A DNA stretch of 64,000 bases, taken from contig JAKSOL010000001.1 of the NCBI GenBank assembly GCA_024405635.1, forward strand, positions 64,001-128,000. The letters run 5' to 3'. This document shows, piece by piece, positions 27,608 to 37,835 of the stretch. How positions within the stretch are numbered: position 1 is the first letter of the stretch; the number at the start of each line of letters is the position of its first letter. Below the pieces are notes generated by a model that searched no databases, was not told where the DNA came from, and was given only the letters and a program-made list of their open reading frames with translations. The stretch comes from Salinivirgaceae bacterium. GTDB taxonomy: Bacteria > Bacteroidota > Bacteroidia > Bacteroidales > SZUA-534. A program made the position numbers and the translations under genes.

Positions 27608-29713
27608 TTACTTGCCTTTGGTTGCACCAATTTCACTCATAAGTATTTCTGTAATAGACTTGTCGCTCGTGCGGAATTTTTGGAATGTTTTGTATTGACG
27701 TTCCTCGTCGGCAAGCCATTGTTCAAGTCTTTTGGCGTCAAATTGTTCAAGATTTTGTTTTGCTACAAGTCGGCATATCACAGCGCACAACTTTTTGTAG
27801 CTCGATGGCAGAGCCTCGTCTGGTGTGATATTTTTCAGGTAATCAGTAGCTTCAGCGTATTTGTTTTGGTTGTAGCGCATTACACTCATTCCAAGTAGCG
27901 CCATGTTGTTACGGGGCGAAATGTCTAGTGCTTTTAGGTAGTATTTTTCAGCCTCTTCGTTTTGGTTTAGCAACACTAGCGACGATGCGTATTCGGTTAG
28001 CGATATAATGTGGTAAGGCGCATATTCAAGTCCTTTTTTGTAGGCTTCGGCAGCTTCTTTGCTTTTTTTCTGCAGAATGTATGCATGACCGCGATAATGT
28101 TGTATTGGCGCGCTATAGTTGTTAATGGTGTATATCGAATTGTCAATTTTATTTGTCAGTTTTATCACTCGATCCCAATTAGCTTGATAGTAAGCCGAAA
28201 GAATTTTGCGAGCTCGAACTTCGCCGTTGTAGTATTTATAGGTAACAAATGAGGCTATTGATAATAGAACAAGAGCAGTGATACCAATTGCTATTGAAGT
28301 TTTGTGCCCCAAAGATTTAGGCTCACTTTTGCTTTGGTCTGATGAGTCGAAAAGAACAATGGCAGCAATTGTTAAATACATAAGGTTATGCTCAACTCGC
28401 TCGTGCGGAAAGTCGCAGAACGATACTGCAATAAATCCAACAAAAAAGCCAATTGCAATAATGCCAAATGTGCTTGAGTTTAGCGAACCTTTGGTTGTGT
28501 TGCGCAAGCAGAGCCACATTATGCCAAATAAAAACAAAAGGTAGCCAAACAGTCCTATGATGCCGTTTTCTGATAAAATCCAAAGGATGTCGTTGTGAGG
28601 ACGTTGAAAGGTAAGCGAACCGTCGCGTAGGTTGTATTCAAATTCGTCAACGCCATATTTGGGTATAAGCAGTTGCCATTGCCCAGCTCCTGATCCAATA
28701 AAAGGATGCTCTTTAACCATTTGCATGGTTTTGTTCCAAACGGTTACGCGCATGTGTGTCGATTTGTTATAGCCGTCGGGATTGTCGTCGTTGCTTAATG
28801 CGTTTGATATTTTTTCAACCACATAGTTGCGTGCTGTTTGGTTTTTAATAATGAATCCAGTTGCTCCGCAAAGCAGTATTAAAGGAATAGCAATTGCTAA
28901 TATGTTTACTATTAAACTGCGTTTTTTTCCAGCACGACGTTGAACTACAAATATGTAGTAGTAAACTGCCGAAAACGAAACTCCAAAAAACAATATAACA
29001 CCCATCCATGTAGCTCGACTGCTTAATAGTGCTATAAATACAATAGAAAGAACCAATTCAATGGATGCAATTATGCGCCATATAATATTACCTCGCAACA
29101 TTTCGTATAAGCACAATGGAGTTAGGCAAAGCAACATTGACGAGAAAAGGTTTTTGTTTGAGCAATGCGAAATAATCTTGTTCATCGCAAGATTAAAATA
29201 GTATGAGTAGTCAGATGTTGCGGTTTTGAATGGTGTAAAATCAGCTTGCAATAATTGTTGGCAACCAAATGCTATAAAAAAGCCGCCCATTACCATAAGC
29301 GATTTTATTAAAATGTCACGGCTTTTGGGCTGATTTTTCATTGTTACGTAAACAATAAAAAACCAAATGCCAAAGGTGAACTCTTTAAAAATGTGGAATA
29401 AAGCCTCGTAAATGTTTATGGCATTAACCGATGAAATAATTTGCATCAGTAGGTAAACCCCTAAACCACTGAATATAATGCACTCGGTTCGGCTGACCGA
29501 TAATTTGAATGCGCCACGAATAAATTTTATTAAGAGTAGTGCTGAAGTAATAGTAATGCCAATGGTTGCAACCAATAGTCGAGGCAAAAGTGAAGCGTCG
29601 AGCATTCCTTTATTATCCCAAGCAAAAGGCAAGTATATAATCAAAACCGAAATGACGGTTAAAAGCCCATATTCTGCCAAAAAATTCTTGGCTATTTGTG
29701 TGTTGAATTTCAT
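27608..29713 (-). CDS. O-antigen ligase/Wzy_C family membrane protein with C-terminal TPRs
   Basis: Many TM segments, SSRATW, HPFIGSGAG and RPHNDILWILSENGIIG motifs, then TPR helices. Confidence 0.88.
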   Translation of the reverse strand: MKFNTQIAKNFLAEYGLLTVISVLIIYLPFAWDNKGMLDASLLPRLLVATIGITITSALLLIKFIRGAFKLSVSRTECIIFSGLGVYLLMQIISSVNAINIYEALFHIFKEFTFGIWFFIVYVTMKNQPKSRDILIKSLMVMGGFFIAFGCQQLLQADFTPFKTATSDYSYYFNLAMNKIISHCSNKNLFSSMLLCLTPLCLYEMLRGNIIWRIIASIELVLSIVFIALLSSRATWMGVILFFGVSFSAVYYYIFVVQRRAGKKRSLIVNILAIAIPLILLCGATGFIIKNQTARNYVVEKISNALSNDDNPDGYNKSTHMRVTVWNKTMQMVKEHPFIGSGAGQWQLLIPKYGVDEFEYNLRDGSLTFQRPHNDILWILSENGIIGLFGYLLFLFGIMWLCLRNTTKGSLNSSTFGIIAIGFFVGFIAVSFCDFPHERVEHNLMYLTIAAIVLFDSSDQSKSEPKSLGHKTSIAIGITALVLLSIASFVTYKYYNGEVRARKILSAYYQANWDRVIKLTNKIDNSIYTINNYSAPIQHYRGHAYILQKKSKEAAEAYKKGLEYAPYHIISLTEYASSLVLLNQNEEAEKYYLKALDISPRNNMALLGMSVMRYNQNKYAEATDYLKNITPDEALPSSYKKLCAVICRLVAKQNLEQFDAKRLEQWLADEERQYKTFQKFRTSDKSITEILMSEIGATKGK

Positions 29714-29892
29714 GAGATTCTAAAATTATAAAACGCACAAAAATAGTTTTTTGGTTAAAAAAAAACTTAAAGACCAACAGCGCATTTGCACGCTTAACGT
29801 TTTGTGGCGAAACATAAACTAATTGACAAAAAATAAGGTATCGTTAAAAAATACACTACCTTTACGCGGTTTGAACTAAAAGAAAGAAAATA

Positions 29893-30612
29893 GTGAGTAA
29901 GAAGATTAAATTATTGATTATAAGTTCTCTAGTAGTAATTTGTGTTGTTGCTATTATTGTATGCGCAGACCAATTGAGTGGTTTGTGGGGCAAAACAGCA
30001 AACATCATTTCGGGGAATACAAATTCTGGAAGTTTTAAGTACAAAATAACCTATTTATCAAAGGAAGAAGAAAAACCAGTTGTGGGACTTCTGCCAAAAA
30101 CACTTTCTTTAAAATATAAAGATAGTTGCGTAGTGATTGATGTTGAAGGATATGGACGGATATTTAAATCAACCTTTATTAAACATTCCGACAATTCAAC
30201 CGACATGACACTGCGTATTTTGCGCGACAAACACAAATTGCATACCAACCCGGGCGAAGGCTTTTATGGTTTAACATTGCCAGCCGAAACAACACTCGAA
30301 ATTGACGAAACAACCGACAAAATACTTGGCTTTGATTGCCATCACGCTTTGTTGCACACCGCCGATTCGGTTTTCGAAATTTATTATACAAAAGAAATAT
30401 CAGTAGGTCAGATTTATGAAAACACAGTGTTTGACCAACTAGAAGGCATGCCTCTGAAATTATATATTGAAATGGCTGGCATACCAATGTATCTTGAGGC
30501 TATTGAATACAATAGAATTGCTGTTGAGGATGAAGCATTTGTCGTGCCCGACGATTATGAAGAAATATCGCGAGAGCGAATGGATAAATACTTCTCAGAT
30601 TTGAGCAAATAG
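29893..30612 (+). CDS. Hypothetical exported protein (DUF4412/GLPGLI-like fold)
   Basis: N-terminal TM segment, DKILGFDCHHA, LEGMPL and FVVPDDY motifs. Confidence 0.65.
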   Translation: MSKKIKLLIISSLVVICVVAIIVCADQLSGLWGKTANIISGNTNSGSFKYKITYLSKEEEKPVVGLLPKTLSLKYKDSCVVIDVEGYGRIFKSTFIKHSDNSTDMTLRILRDKHKLHTNPGEGFYGLTLPAETTLEIDETTDKILGFDCHHALLHTADSVFEIYYTKEISVGQIYENTVFDQLEGMPLKLYIEMAGIPMYLEAIEYNRIAVEDEAFVVPDDYEEISRERMDKYFSDLSK

Positions 30613-30632
30613 CCATCTAATCCTATTTCAAT

Positions 30633-33167
30633 ATGGCTACCAAACAAGCACCATCGGCACAAGAACAGATGAGTTTAATTCGCATTTTTTGCGGATTGTT
30701 TCTTTGTGGCTTCACCTTCTTGTTGGCCTTTGCATTTGTATCGTATCTTTTTACATGGCGAAACGACCAAAGCATGCTCGACATACCATTGTCGGCTCTG
30801 TTTTCCGATAAAGATATTTTGGTGCAAAACTGGTCAGGTAAAGTAGGAGCATTGTTAGCTCACTGCTGCATGTATAAAGGCATTGGTGTTGCAGCCTTTG
30901 GTTTGGTCATTATTCTCTTTTGCGCAGTTTTCAATATCTTTTTAAAAGAAAACCGATTGCCATTGCTCACCATTATTGAATATGTGAGCGGATATGCTAT
31001 TTGGACTTCCATTGCCATGGGATACTTTTTCCAATCGTCGCAATTTGCTCCCGGTGGAATGCAAGGTCACTTTGTTAGCGAATGGCTTAACGCAACAATT
31101 GGTAGGGCATCAACCTTTATGTTGCTGCTTATTTTTCTGTTTATATTAATGTCGCTAACCATAAAAGGTTTTGTTGATAAATGCCGAAGCTTAATTGATA
31201 GAGTCCGTAGCTTGCGAAATGTTAAAATGGTTGAAGTTGAGCCAATTGCAATAGGTCCAACCGACCAACCAGAAGTTGAAAATACAACTGACGTCGAAAC
31301 TGAAAAATCGGAGGTTGATGACGCTGAACTTGTTGACGATAACTTGGATAGCCAAAACGATGAGCAACCAAATGTAAACGAGGTTGATTTATCAATTAGC
31401 ATTAGTGAAAAAGCAGAAGAAAGTTCAACTGACAGCGATTTTGAAATAACTCACGCAGTTATTACCGATGATGGCGATTCTGACAACAACTATGAAGATA
31501 ATCTTGAGGTGGTTGAAACTTCGCCAGCTGAAGAATTACCAAAGCAAGATGAGGTTGAACCAAAGGAACAACAAACCGAGTCAACCAAAACCGACATTGA
31601 AATTGATCACGGAGTAGAGGAGGAAGAGGCCAAAACAATTAGCGATAAACCTCTTGAAGACTATGATCCTAAATTGGAATTGTCGCACTATACTTTGCCA
31701 TCAATCGATTTGCTAAAAGAGTACGAGACCAACAACGATAGCGTTTCTGAAGAGTTGGTAAAAGAAAACAAAGACAAGATTGTGCAATCGTTGGCCGATT
31801 TTAAAATTGAAATTGAAAGCATTAAAGCTACCATAGGTCCAGCAATTACGCTATATGAAATAGTGCCAAAGCGCGGAACAAAAATTGCTAAAATAAAAAG
31901 TTTAGCCGACGATTTGGCTCTTAGTTTGTCGGCTTTGCAAATTCGTATCATAGCCCCAATTCCCGGTAAAAACACAGTAGGTATTGAGGTGCCAAATGCA
32001 AAAGCATCAATGGTGTCGATGCGCTCAATGATTAAAACTGCCAAATTCCAAGAGTCGAAAATGGAACTGCCAGTAGCCATCGGTAGAACTATTACAAACG
32101 AGGTGTTTATGTTCGATTTGGCCAAAACTCCACACTTGCTTGTGGCTGGAGCAACTGGTCAAGGTAAATCGGTTGGTTTAAATGCCATTGTTACTTCTCT
32201 ATTGTATAAAAAGCATCCTTCGCAACTAAAATTTGTGATGGTTGACCCTAAAATGGTTGAGTTCAGCATTTACAAGGATTTGGAAAAACACTACATGGCC
32301 AAATATCCCGATGATAACCCAATTATCATTACCGATTGCGATAAAGTGAAACAAACTTTGAACTCGCTTGTGCAAGAAATGGAAGACCGATACAAGTTGC
32401 TTATGGAGGCAAAATGCCGCAACATTGTTGAGTACAACAACCGTTTCATAAAACGTCAGCTTAATCCAAATAATGGACACAAGTATTTGTGCTACATTGT
32501 AATAATAATCGACGAGTTTGGCGACTTTATTATGCAAGCAGGCAAAGAAATTGAAACGCCAATTGCACGTATTGCTCAAAAAGCTCGCGCTGTTGGTATG
32601 CACATGATTTTGGCAACCCAACGCCCAAGTGTCAACATTATTACTGGTATAATTAAAGCCAATGTTCCAGGTCGTATGGCATTCCGCACATCGTCAAGCA
32701 TCGATAGCCGAACCATTCTTGATGCAAACGGAGCCGAGCGTCTTGTTGGTAAAGGCGATTTGCTTATTTCGCCTAACGGACAAGAACCTGAGCGTGTGCA
32801 ATGTGCTTTTGTCGATACCGACGAGGTTGTAGCAATTGTTAACCACATTAAATCGCAACAAAGTTACCTTGAACCATATATGTTGCCCGAGTTGCCCGAT
32901 GAAACAGGTGGCGAGGCGGCAACTTTTGATACTAGCAAGAAAGATATTTTGTTTGAGGAAGTTGCGCGATTTGTTGTTTCAACTCAAACAGGTTCAACGT
33001 CAAACATTCAGCGTAAATTCGAAATTGGTTATAACCGTGCTGGTCGCATTATGGATCAGTTGGAAGGTGCGGGCATTGTGGGACCACAAGAGGGCAGCAA
33101 ACCTCGTCGCGTGCAGATTCAAGATGAATTTTCGCTTGACCAACTTTTAGCAGCAATATCACGATGA
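30633..33167 (+). CDS. ftsK: DNA translocase FtsK
   Basis: 4-TM N-terminus, PHLLVAGATGQGKS, IIIDE, ATQRPS and gamma domain IGYNRAGRIMDQLE. Confidence 0.97.
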   Translation: MATKQAPSAQEQMSLIRIFCGLFLCGFTFLLAFAFVSYLFTWRNDQSMLDIPLSALFSDKDILVQNWSGKVGALLAHCCMYKGIGVAAFGLVIILFCAVFNIFLKENRLPLLTIIEYVSGYAIWTSIAMGYFFQSSQFAPGGMQGHFVSEWLNATIGRASTFMLLLIFLFILMSLTIKGFVDKCRSLIDRVRSLRNVKMVEVEPIAIGPTDQPEVENTTDVETEKSEVDDAELVDDNLDSQNDEQPNVNEVDLSISISEKAEESSTDSDFEITHAVITDDGDSDNNYEDNLEVVETSPAEELPKQDEVEPKEQQTESTKTDIEIDHGVEEEEAKTISDKPLEDYDPKLELSHYTLPSIDLLKEYETNNDSVSEELVKENKDKIVQSLADFKIEIESIKATIGPAITLYEIVPKRGTKIAKIKSLADDLALSLSALQIRIIAPIPGKNTVGIEVPNAKASMVSMRSMIKTAKFQESKMELPVAIGRTITNEVFMFDLAKTPHLLVAGATGQGKSVGLNAIVTSLLYKKHPSQLKFVMVDPKMVEFSIYKDLEKHYMAKYPDDNPIIITDCDKVKQTLNSLVQEMEDRYKLLMEAKCRNIVEYNNRFIKRQLNPNNGHKYLCYIVIIIDEFGDFIMQAGKEIETPIARIAQKARAVGMHMILATQRPSVNIITGIIKANVPGRMAFRTSSSIDSRTILDANGAERLVGKGDLLISPNGQEPERVQCAFVDTDEVVAIVNHIKSQQSYLEPYMLPELPDETGGEAATFDTSKKDILFEEVARFVVSTQTGSTSNIQRKFEIGYNRAGRIMDQLEGAGIVGPQEGSKPRRVQIQDEFSLDQLLAAISR

Positions 33168-33823
33168 AAAAACTATTGTTAATAATATCGGCATTGGTTG
33201 CTTCAACCTTTGCTAATGCCCAAGTTGATGAAGGTCGTCAACTGCTCGATAAAGTGGCGCAAAAGGCTAACAGCTACAAGAATATTTGCGCCGATTTTGT
33301 TTATGATTATGAGAATTTGGCCGAAGAAAAAACTGAAAGCCAACAAGGTACCTTGCTAATTAAGGGTAAAAAATTCCATATCGATTTTGAAGGTACAAGC
33401 ATTTTTAGCGATGGAAAAAGTCGTTGGGTTTACCTTAAAGAAAGCAACGAGGTTACCATTACCAAAATTGAAACCAAAGAATCGGACACTCCTGAAGATA
33501 GATTGCTAAGCGACCCAATGTCGTTGTTCTCATATCATAAAAATGGGTTCAAATATTTGTTGGTAGGTACCGAAATGGTTGCTGGCAAACAAATGCAAGT
33601 GGCTGAAATATCGCCAATTAACAAAAATCAAAAACTATTTAAGGTTAAGTATTGGATTGATGCAAACAACAACCTTTATCAAATAAAGTGTTTTCAAAAA
33701 GACGGAACACGCATCACTTTAACGCTAAATAACATGAAGGTGAATCAAAAAGTTGAGGATTCAAATTGCACCTTCAATGTGAGCCAATATCCTGATGTTG
33801 AGGTGATTGATATGCGCGACTAA
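33164..33823 (+). CDS. lolA: Outer membrane lipoprotein carrier LolA-like
   Basis: Overlaps the ftsK stop. GTLLIKGKKF, FSDGKSRWVY, NEVTI and C-terminal VIDMRD. Confidence 0.85.
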   Translation: MKKLLLIISALVASTFANAQVDEGRQLLDKVAQKANSYKNICADFVYDYENLAEEKTESQQGTLLIKGKKFHIDFEGTSIFSDGKSRWVYLKESNEVTITKIETKESDTPEDRLLSDPMSLFSYHKNGFKYLLVGTEMVAGKQMQVAEISPINKNQKLFKVKYWIDANNNLYQIKCFQKDGTRITLTLNNMKVNQKVEDSNCTFNVSQYPDVEVIDMRD

Positions 33824-34419
33824 ACGTTGTGTCCATTGTCGCGGCGAATATCGTCAATCCATTTTTCAATTACTGGCGCTTTGTAACTTTTAAGTAAAGC
33901 AAACACCTCTTGTGGGGTATTTGCAAATAGGGCCATTGCCGAGTGCGGCTCAAGCAACATTTTGCTGCTAACCATGTGATTTAGTTGCTGTTGCAAATAA
34001 CTGTAATAGTTTAGTGTATTGAGAAATACAACAGGTTTTTTGTGAAATCCAAGTTGAGCAGCGGTAAGTACTTCAAAAGTTTCTTCTAATGTTCCAAAAC
34101 CACCAGGCATTATTACAAAAGCATCGGCCAATTCTGCCATTTTTGCTTTGCGCTCTTGCATAGTTTCAACCACAATAAGTTCTTTTAGTCCTTGTTGGGT
34201 TAAGTGTTTTTGGGCTAAAAAGGTAGTTATAACGCCCGTAACTTCGGCACCACCTTGTATGGCTGCCTCGGCACAACAACGCATTAAACCCACATTGGCA
34301 CCGCCATAAATCATGCCAAAACCTTGTTTGGCAATAAGTTGTCCCAACTCGGTAGCTACCTTAGCATACTCGGGTTTGTCGCCCAAATTTGAACTACAAA
34401 ACACACAAACGTTGTACAT
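33820..34419 (-). CDS. LOG family (TIGR00730) Rossmann-fold phosphoribohydrolase
   Basis: VCVFCSS, YGGANVGLM, MQERKAKM and PGGFGTLEE motifs. Confidence 0.95.
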   Translation of the reverse strand: MYNVCVFCSSNLGDKPEYAKVATELGQLIAKQGFGMIYGGANVGLMRCCAEAAIQGGAEVTGVITTFLAQKHLTQQGLKELIVVETMQERKAKMAELADAFVIMPGGFGTLEETFEVLTAAQLGFHKKPVVFLNTLNYYSYLQQQLNHMVSSKMLLEPHSAMALFANTPQEVFALLKSYKAPVIEKWIDDIRRDNGHNV

Positions 34420-34462
34420 AGTTTCATGTTGATGATGTTTTTGCAAAGGAACGAAAAAGATG
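34410..34462 (+). repeat. Left 53-bp direct repeat bounding the Rhs island (includes LOG start codon and upstream region)
   Basis: cgttgtacatagtttcatgttgatgatgtttttgcaaaggaacgaaaaagatg; 51/53 identical to 41303-41355. Confidence 0.92.
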
Positions 34463-34574
34463 GTAGTAAAGGTAATATTCCTATAATAGGTTTTTAATTA
34501 ACGATTTTGAGTTGATACATGATTATACTTTACAACAAAAACATTCGCAACATTTAATAATTTGATACACAATC

Positions 34575-35855
34575 ATGCGACTCACAAAAGAGACTACTGG
34601 CAGCCAGTCAATAGCATATACCTACGACAGTTATAACCGCATCACAAAAAAGTCATACGTAATTGATGGCACAACCCTGAATTTTACCTATACTTACAAC
34701 TCCAACGGGCAACTATCTTCAAAAACATTCCCCGACGGCATGACCGAAAACTACACATACGATAGCTACGGCAACCTATCATGCATTAAGATGGGCTCAA
34801 CCCGTGTGTGGGAGCTTGATAGCTACAATGGTACAACACGCTCGGCATATCTCGGCACGGCACCTTTGACGCATACAAAAAGCTATTCAACTAAAGGATT
34901 GCTCACAGGCACCTCAATAAAAAACGGCAGCACAACGCTCCACAGCTTTAGCTACACCATTGATGGCACCACAGGCAACCTTACTGCACGCACTGGCATG
35001 AACGGCTCTGAGAGTTTCACCTACGACCAGTTTGACCGACTTACAAACGCAAAGGTTGGCAGTACCGACAATAAGGTAACTTACAAGTTAACTGGCAACA
35101 TAAACAGCAAAACTAGCTTAGGCACATACTCCTACGATGCCACCAAGAAGCATGCCGTAACTAACATTGCTAACCTTAAGCCAACCAACCAAACCGTAAC
35201 CTACAACGCATTCAACAAGGTGGCTAAAGTGGAAACCAACAGTGCCACGCTAACCATAACCTACGGCCCCAACAGGCAACGGGTTAAAACCTACTACACA
35301 ACCAGTGGTGTAACCCAAACCACGCTCTATGCCGATAACTACGAGCAGCGCACCGTAAACGGTACCGTGAGCACCTACCACTACGTGAGCAGTCCCGACG
35401 GACTGGTGGCAATATACGTAAAGAAAGGCACGGCGGCAATGACTCCCTATTACGTTGAGACCTACCACCTCGGCAGTATCTGCAAGATATACAACGCCGC
35501 AGGCACCAAGCAGTTTGATGCCACCTATGACGCATGGGGCAAGCAAACCGTAAACGTCAACTACATAGGCATAACCCGCGGCTACACTGGCCACGAGCAC
35601 TGGAACCAGTTTGGCTTGATAGACATGAACGGCAGGTTTTATGACCCAGTAGTAGGCCGTTTCCTCAGCCCCGACCCTTACGTGCAAGACCCCACCAACC
35701 TGCAGAACTTTAACCGCTACTCGTATTGCTTAAACAACCCACTGAAGTATAATGACCCGAGCGGGGAATGGATATTGACATGGGGTATTAATAAAGGAGG
35801 ATTTAGTATTGGCTTGAATTTCGCGCCATATCCTGTTGGCTTTGGAATCCAATAG
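34575..35855 (+). CDS. Rhs/YD-repeat protein fragment with Rhs-associated core; no N-terminal region, truncated tip
   Basis: YTYDSYNR-type repeats, [31 protein letters not shown] and [19 protein letters not shown]; only 28 residues follow the core. Confidence 0.9.
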   Translation: MRLTKETTGSQSIAYTYDSYNRITKKSYVIDGTTLNFTYTYNSNGQLSSKTFPDGMTENYTYDSYGNLSCIKMGSTRVWELDSYNGTTRSAYLGTAPLTHTKSYSTKGLLTGTSIKNGSTTLHSFSYTIDGTTGNLTARTGMNGSESFTYDQFDRLTNAKVGSTDNKVTYKLTGNINSKTSLGTYSYDATKKHAVTNIANLKPTNQTVTYNAFNKVAKVETNSATLTITYGPNRQRVKTYYTTSGVTQTTLYADNYEQRTVNGTVSTYHYVSSPDGLVAIYVKKGTAAMTPYYVETYHLGSICKIYNAAGTKQFDATYDAWGKQTVNVNYIGITRGYTGHEHWNQFGLIDMNGRFYDPVVGRFLSPDPYVQDPTNLQNFNRYSYCLNNPLKYNDPSGEWILTWGINKGGFSIGLNFAPYPVGFGIQ

Positions 35856-35918
35856 GCGGTCACATGCGCGGACCAACCTCTTTCCTAAAAATTGGTTCAA
35901 TCTTTTAACCTCACAGAA

Positions 35919-36533
35919 ATGAAAAATATATTGCTATTATTAATAATGTTAGTAAGTTTTTCTGTTCAATCTCAAGATTGCGAATCTGCATTTATTGAAA
36001 GATTTACAAAGGCTTACACCAAAAATCAGAAATGGTTAAACAAGAAAGCTAAGAAAATATACCGCAATCATGGTAATGCTGATAGTGATAGCGTTAGCTT
36101 TATATTTGAAGTTGAAGTCTGGGCTAGTAAATTTAAAGAATGCGATTACAATCCAGATATTGTTCTTTGTAAAATAGATTATTGGAACAAGAGATATACA
36201 TATGCATTAGTATTTAAGGATACTCATTTTAAGGGTATAATAGATATTTTTGATGAAGTTTATCACGATAGTGCTTTTGTTAATACATACTTCAAAGCAC
36301 ATTATAAACTATTTGAAGAGCTAAGGAATAATAAAATCGATTTGGCTTTCGACATCAATGGATTTGGAGGAAATTGTTATTGGTATATTGCAAATGAAAA
36401 ATTATTTGTGTTGGCTCATTCTGAAAACGATAATGGCTACAAAATATATAATGCAAGTTCATATATGCACACTGTATATGACCCTCTAATGGCTCTTTTC
36501 GGAAGAAACAAGCGATTTAAAACGAAATACTAA
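35919..36533 (+). CDS. Putative immunity protein 1 (Sec signal peptide)
   Basis: MKNILLLLIMLVSFSVQS-Q; AT-rich; directly downstream of the Rhs tip. Confidence 0.65.
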   Translation: MKNILLLLIMLVSFSVQSQDCESAFIERFTKAYTKNQKWLNKKAKKIYRNHGNADSDSVSFIFEVEVWASKFKECDYNPDIVLCKIDYWNKRYTYALVFKDTHFKGIIDIFDEVYHDSAFVNTYFKAHYKLFEELRNNKIDLAFDINGFGGNCYWYIANEKLFVLAHSENDNGYKIYNASSYMHTVYDPLMALFGRNKRFKTKY

Positions 36534-36539
36534 CGATAA

Positions 36540-36584
36540 TGAACTATACATGCACCTTTGGGAGTGTGTATAGTTCAATTTTTT
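36540..36584 (+). terminator. Intrinsic terminator after cassette 1
   Basis: tgaactataca...tgtatagttca 11-bp stem plus T run. Confidence 0.75.
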
Positions 36585-36587
36585 AAA

Positions 36588-37823
36588 ATGATATCAGTTA
36601 CAAGCATCTCATATTTTCAAGAGCAAGACTCAACCACAACCTCATACTACGTTGAAACCGACCATCTTGGCAGCATCTGCAAAATATACGATGCCGCAGG
36701 CTCCAAGCAATACGACGCTACCTACGATGCATGGGGCAAGCAGACAGTTAATTACAACACGCTTGGCCTCACCCGAGGCTACTGCGCCCACGAGCATTGG
36801 AACCAGTTTGGCTTGATAGACATGAACGGCCGTTTCCTCAGCCCCGACCCATACGTACAAGACCCCACCAACCTGCAGAACTTTAACCGCTACTCGTATT
36901 GCCTAAACAACCCACTGAAGTATAATGACCCGAGCGGGGAGTCTGCCGTATTGACTGCCGCAATTATAGGCGCAGTTGTTGGAACATATATAGGTGGAAT
37001 AATGGCAAACAACACATACAATCCTATTAAATGGAACTATAACGAACTCAAAACATGGGGCTATATGGGCGGTGGTGCAATAGTTGGTGCAGCTAGCGGT
37101 GCGGCGGGTGCCTACGTAGGAAGCACCGTAGGAGGTTATTTTGCAGGGTCAAGTTTTGTAGCAGGAGCGGCATCGGGCGCAGCGGCTGGAGCAGTTAGCG
37201 GCACTATTTCAGGAGCTGGGTATTCTTGGCTTAATGGAGCCTCTTTTAGACAAGGTGTTTGGAAAGGCTTTATTGGTGGCAATGTTGGTGGGCTAACTGG
37301 CGGTGTAATGGGAGGCTTGGCTGGAGGCATATCAGCATATAACAATGATTGCAATTTCTGGAATGGCAAACCAAACACATTGTTAGATGAAATAGATTAC
37401 AATCTTCCATTTTGCCCAAATGAAGGTAGTAATGATTGTTTTGTAAAATCGGCCGAAGCTATTGAGAGCAAATTTGCCGAAAACCCTAGAACTTCTACAC
37501 AATTAAGAACTAGTATTGGGAAGACAAAAAATGAATTGGTTAGTGTTGAGGATATGCAAAACAAAGCTGGATACAGGTTTACTACAACAAAGGACCGCTG
37601 TCAAGCATTTGAAAAGCTAAAAAATGGAAAACTATCTTTTCATGCAACAGATTGGGGAGACGGCACTGGACATATGACAGCTGTTAATAAAATGCAAATG
37701 TGGCAACGAGCAAACGGTAAATTATATTTCCGATTATTTACTATGGATTCTGCAAAAGGACAATATTCAAGAACATTAATAAATCGCTTTTACTTCGTTG
37801 AAGCCATCAGCCGAAACTTTTAA
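36588..37823 (+). CDS. Orphan Rhs core, Gly-rich linker and papain/C39-like peptidase toxin tip
   Basis: Homology to cassette 1 begins near 36644 (YYVETDHLGS). NDPSGE core end. Tip with DC...GHMTAV...MDS. The 5' end is uncertain. Confidence 0.8.
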   Translation: MISVTSISYFQEQDSTTTSYYVETDHLGSICKIYDAAGSKQYDATYDAWGKQTVNYNTLGLTRGYCAHEHWNQFGLIDMNGRFLSPDPYVQDPTNLQNFNRYSYCLNNPLKYNDPSGESAVLTAAIIGAVVGTYIGGIMANNTYNPIKWNYNELKTWGYMGGGAIVGAASGAAGAYVGSTVGGYFAGSSFVAGAASGAAAGAVSGTISGAGYSWLNGASFRQGVWKGFIGGNVGGLTGGVMGGLAGGISAYNNDCNFWNGKPNTLLDEIDYNLPFCPNEGSNDCFVKSAEAIESKFAENPRTSTQLRTSIGKTKNELVSVEDMQNKAGYRFTTTKDRCQAFEKLKNGKLSFHATDWGDGTGHMTAVNKMQMWQRANGKLYFRLFTMDSAKGQYSRTLINRFYFVEAISRNF

Positions 37824-37835
37824 TAACAGCTTACC

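Noticed and set aside
34476-34503. dif-like XerCD site at the left edge of the Rhs island (tattcctataa-taggtt-tttaattaacg)
   Set aside because: The left arm resembles a XerC arm, but the right arm matches XerD consensus poorly and no partner site is seen at the other end.
35250-35687. Antisense ORFs over Rhs, RND, T9SS and other long genes
   Set aside because: They are shadow ORFs from codon bias and have no motifs or plausible starts.
36558-36587. TTG start of the cassette-2 ORF (and likewise TTG 38552 for cassette 3)
   Set aside because: Both lie inside hairpins, upstream of where Rhs homology begins.
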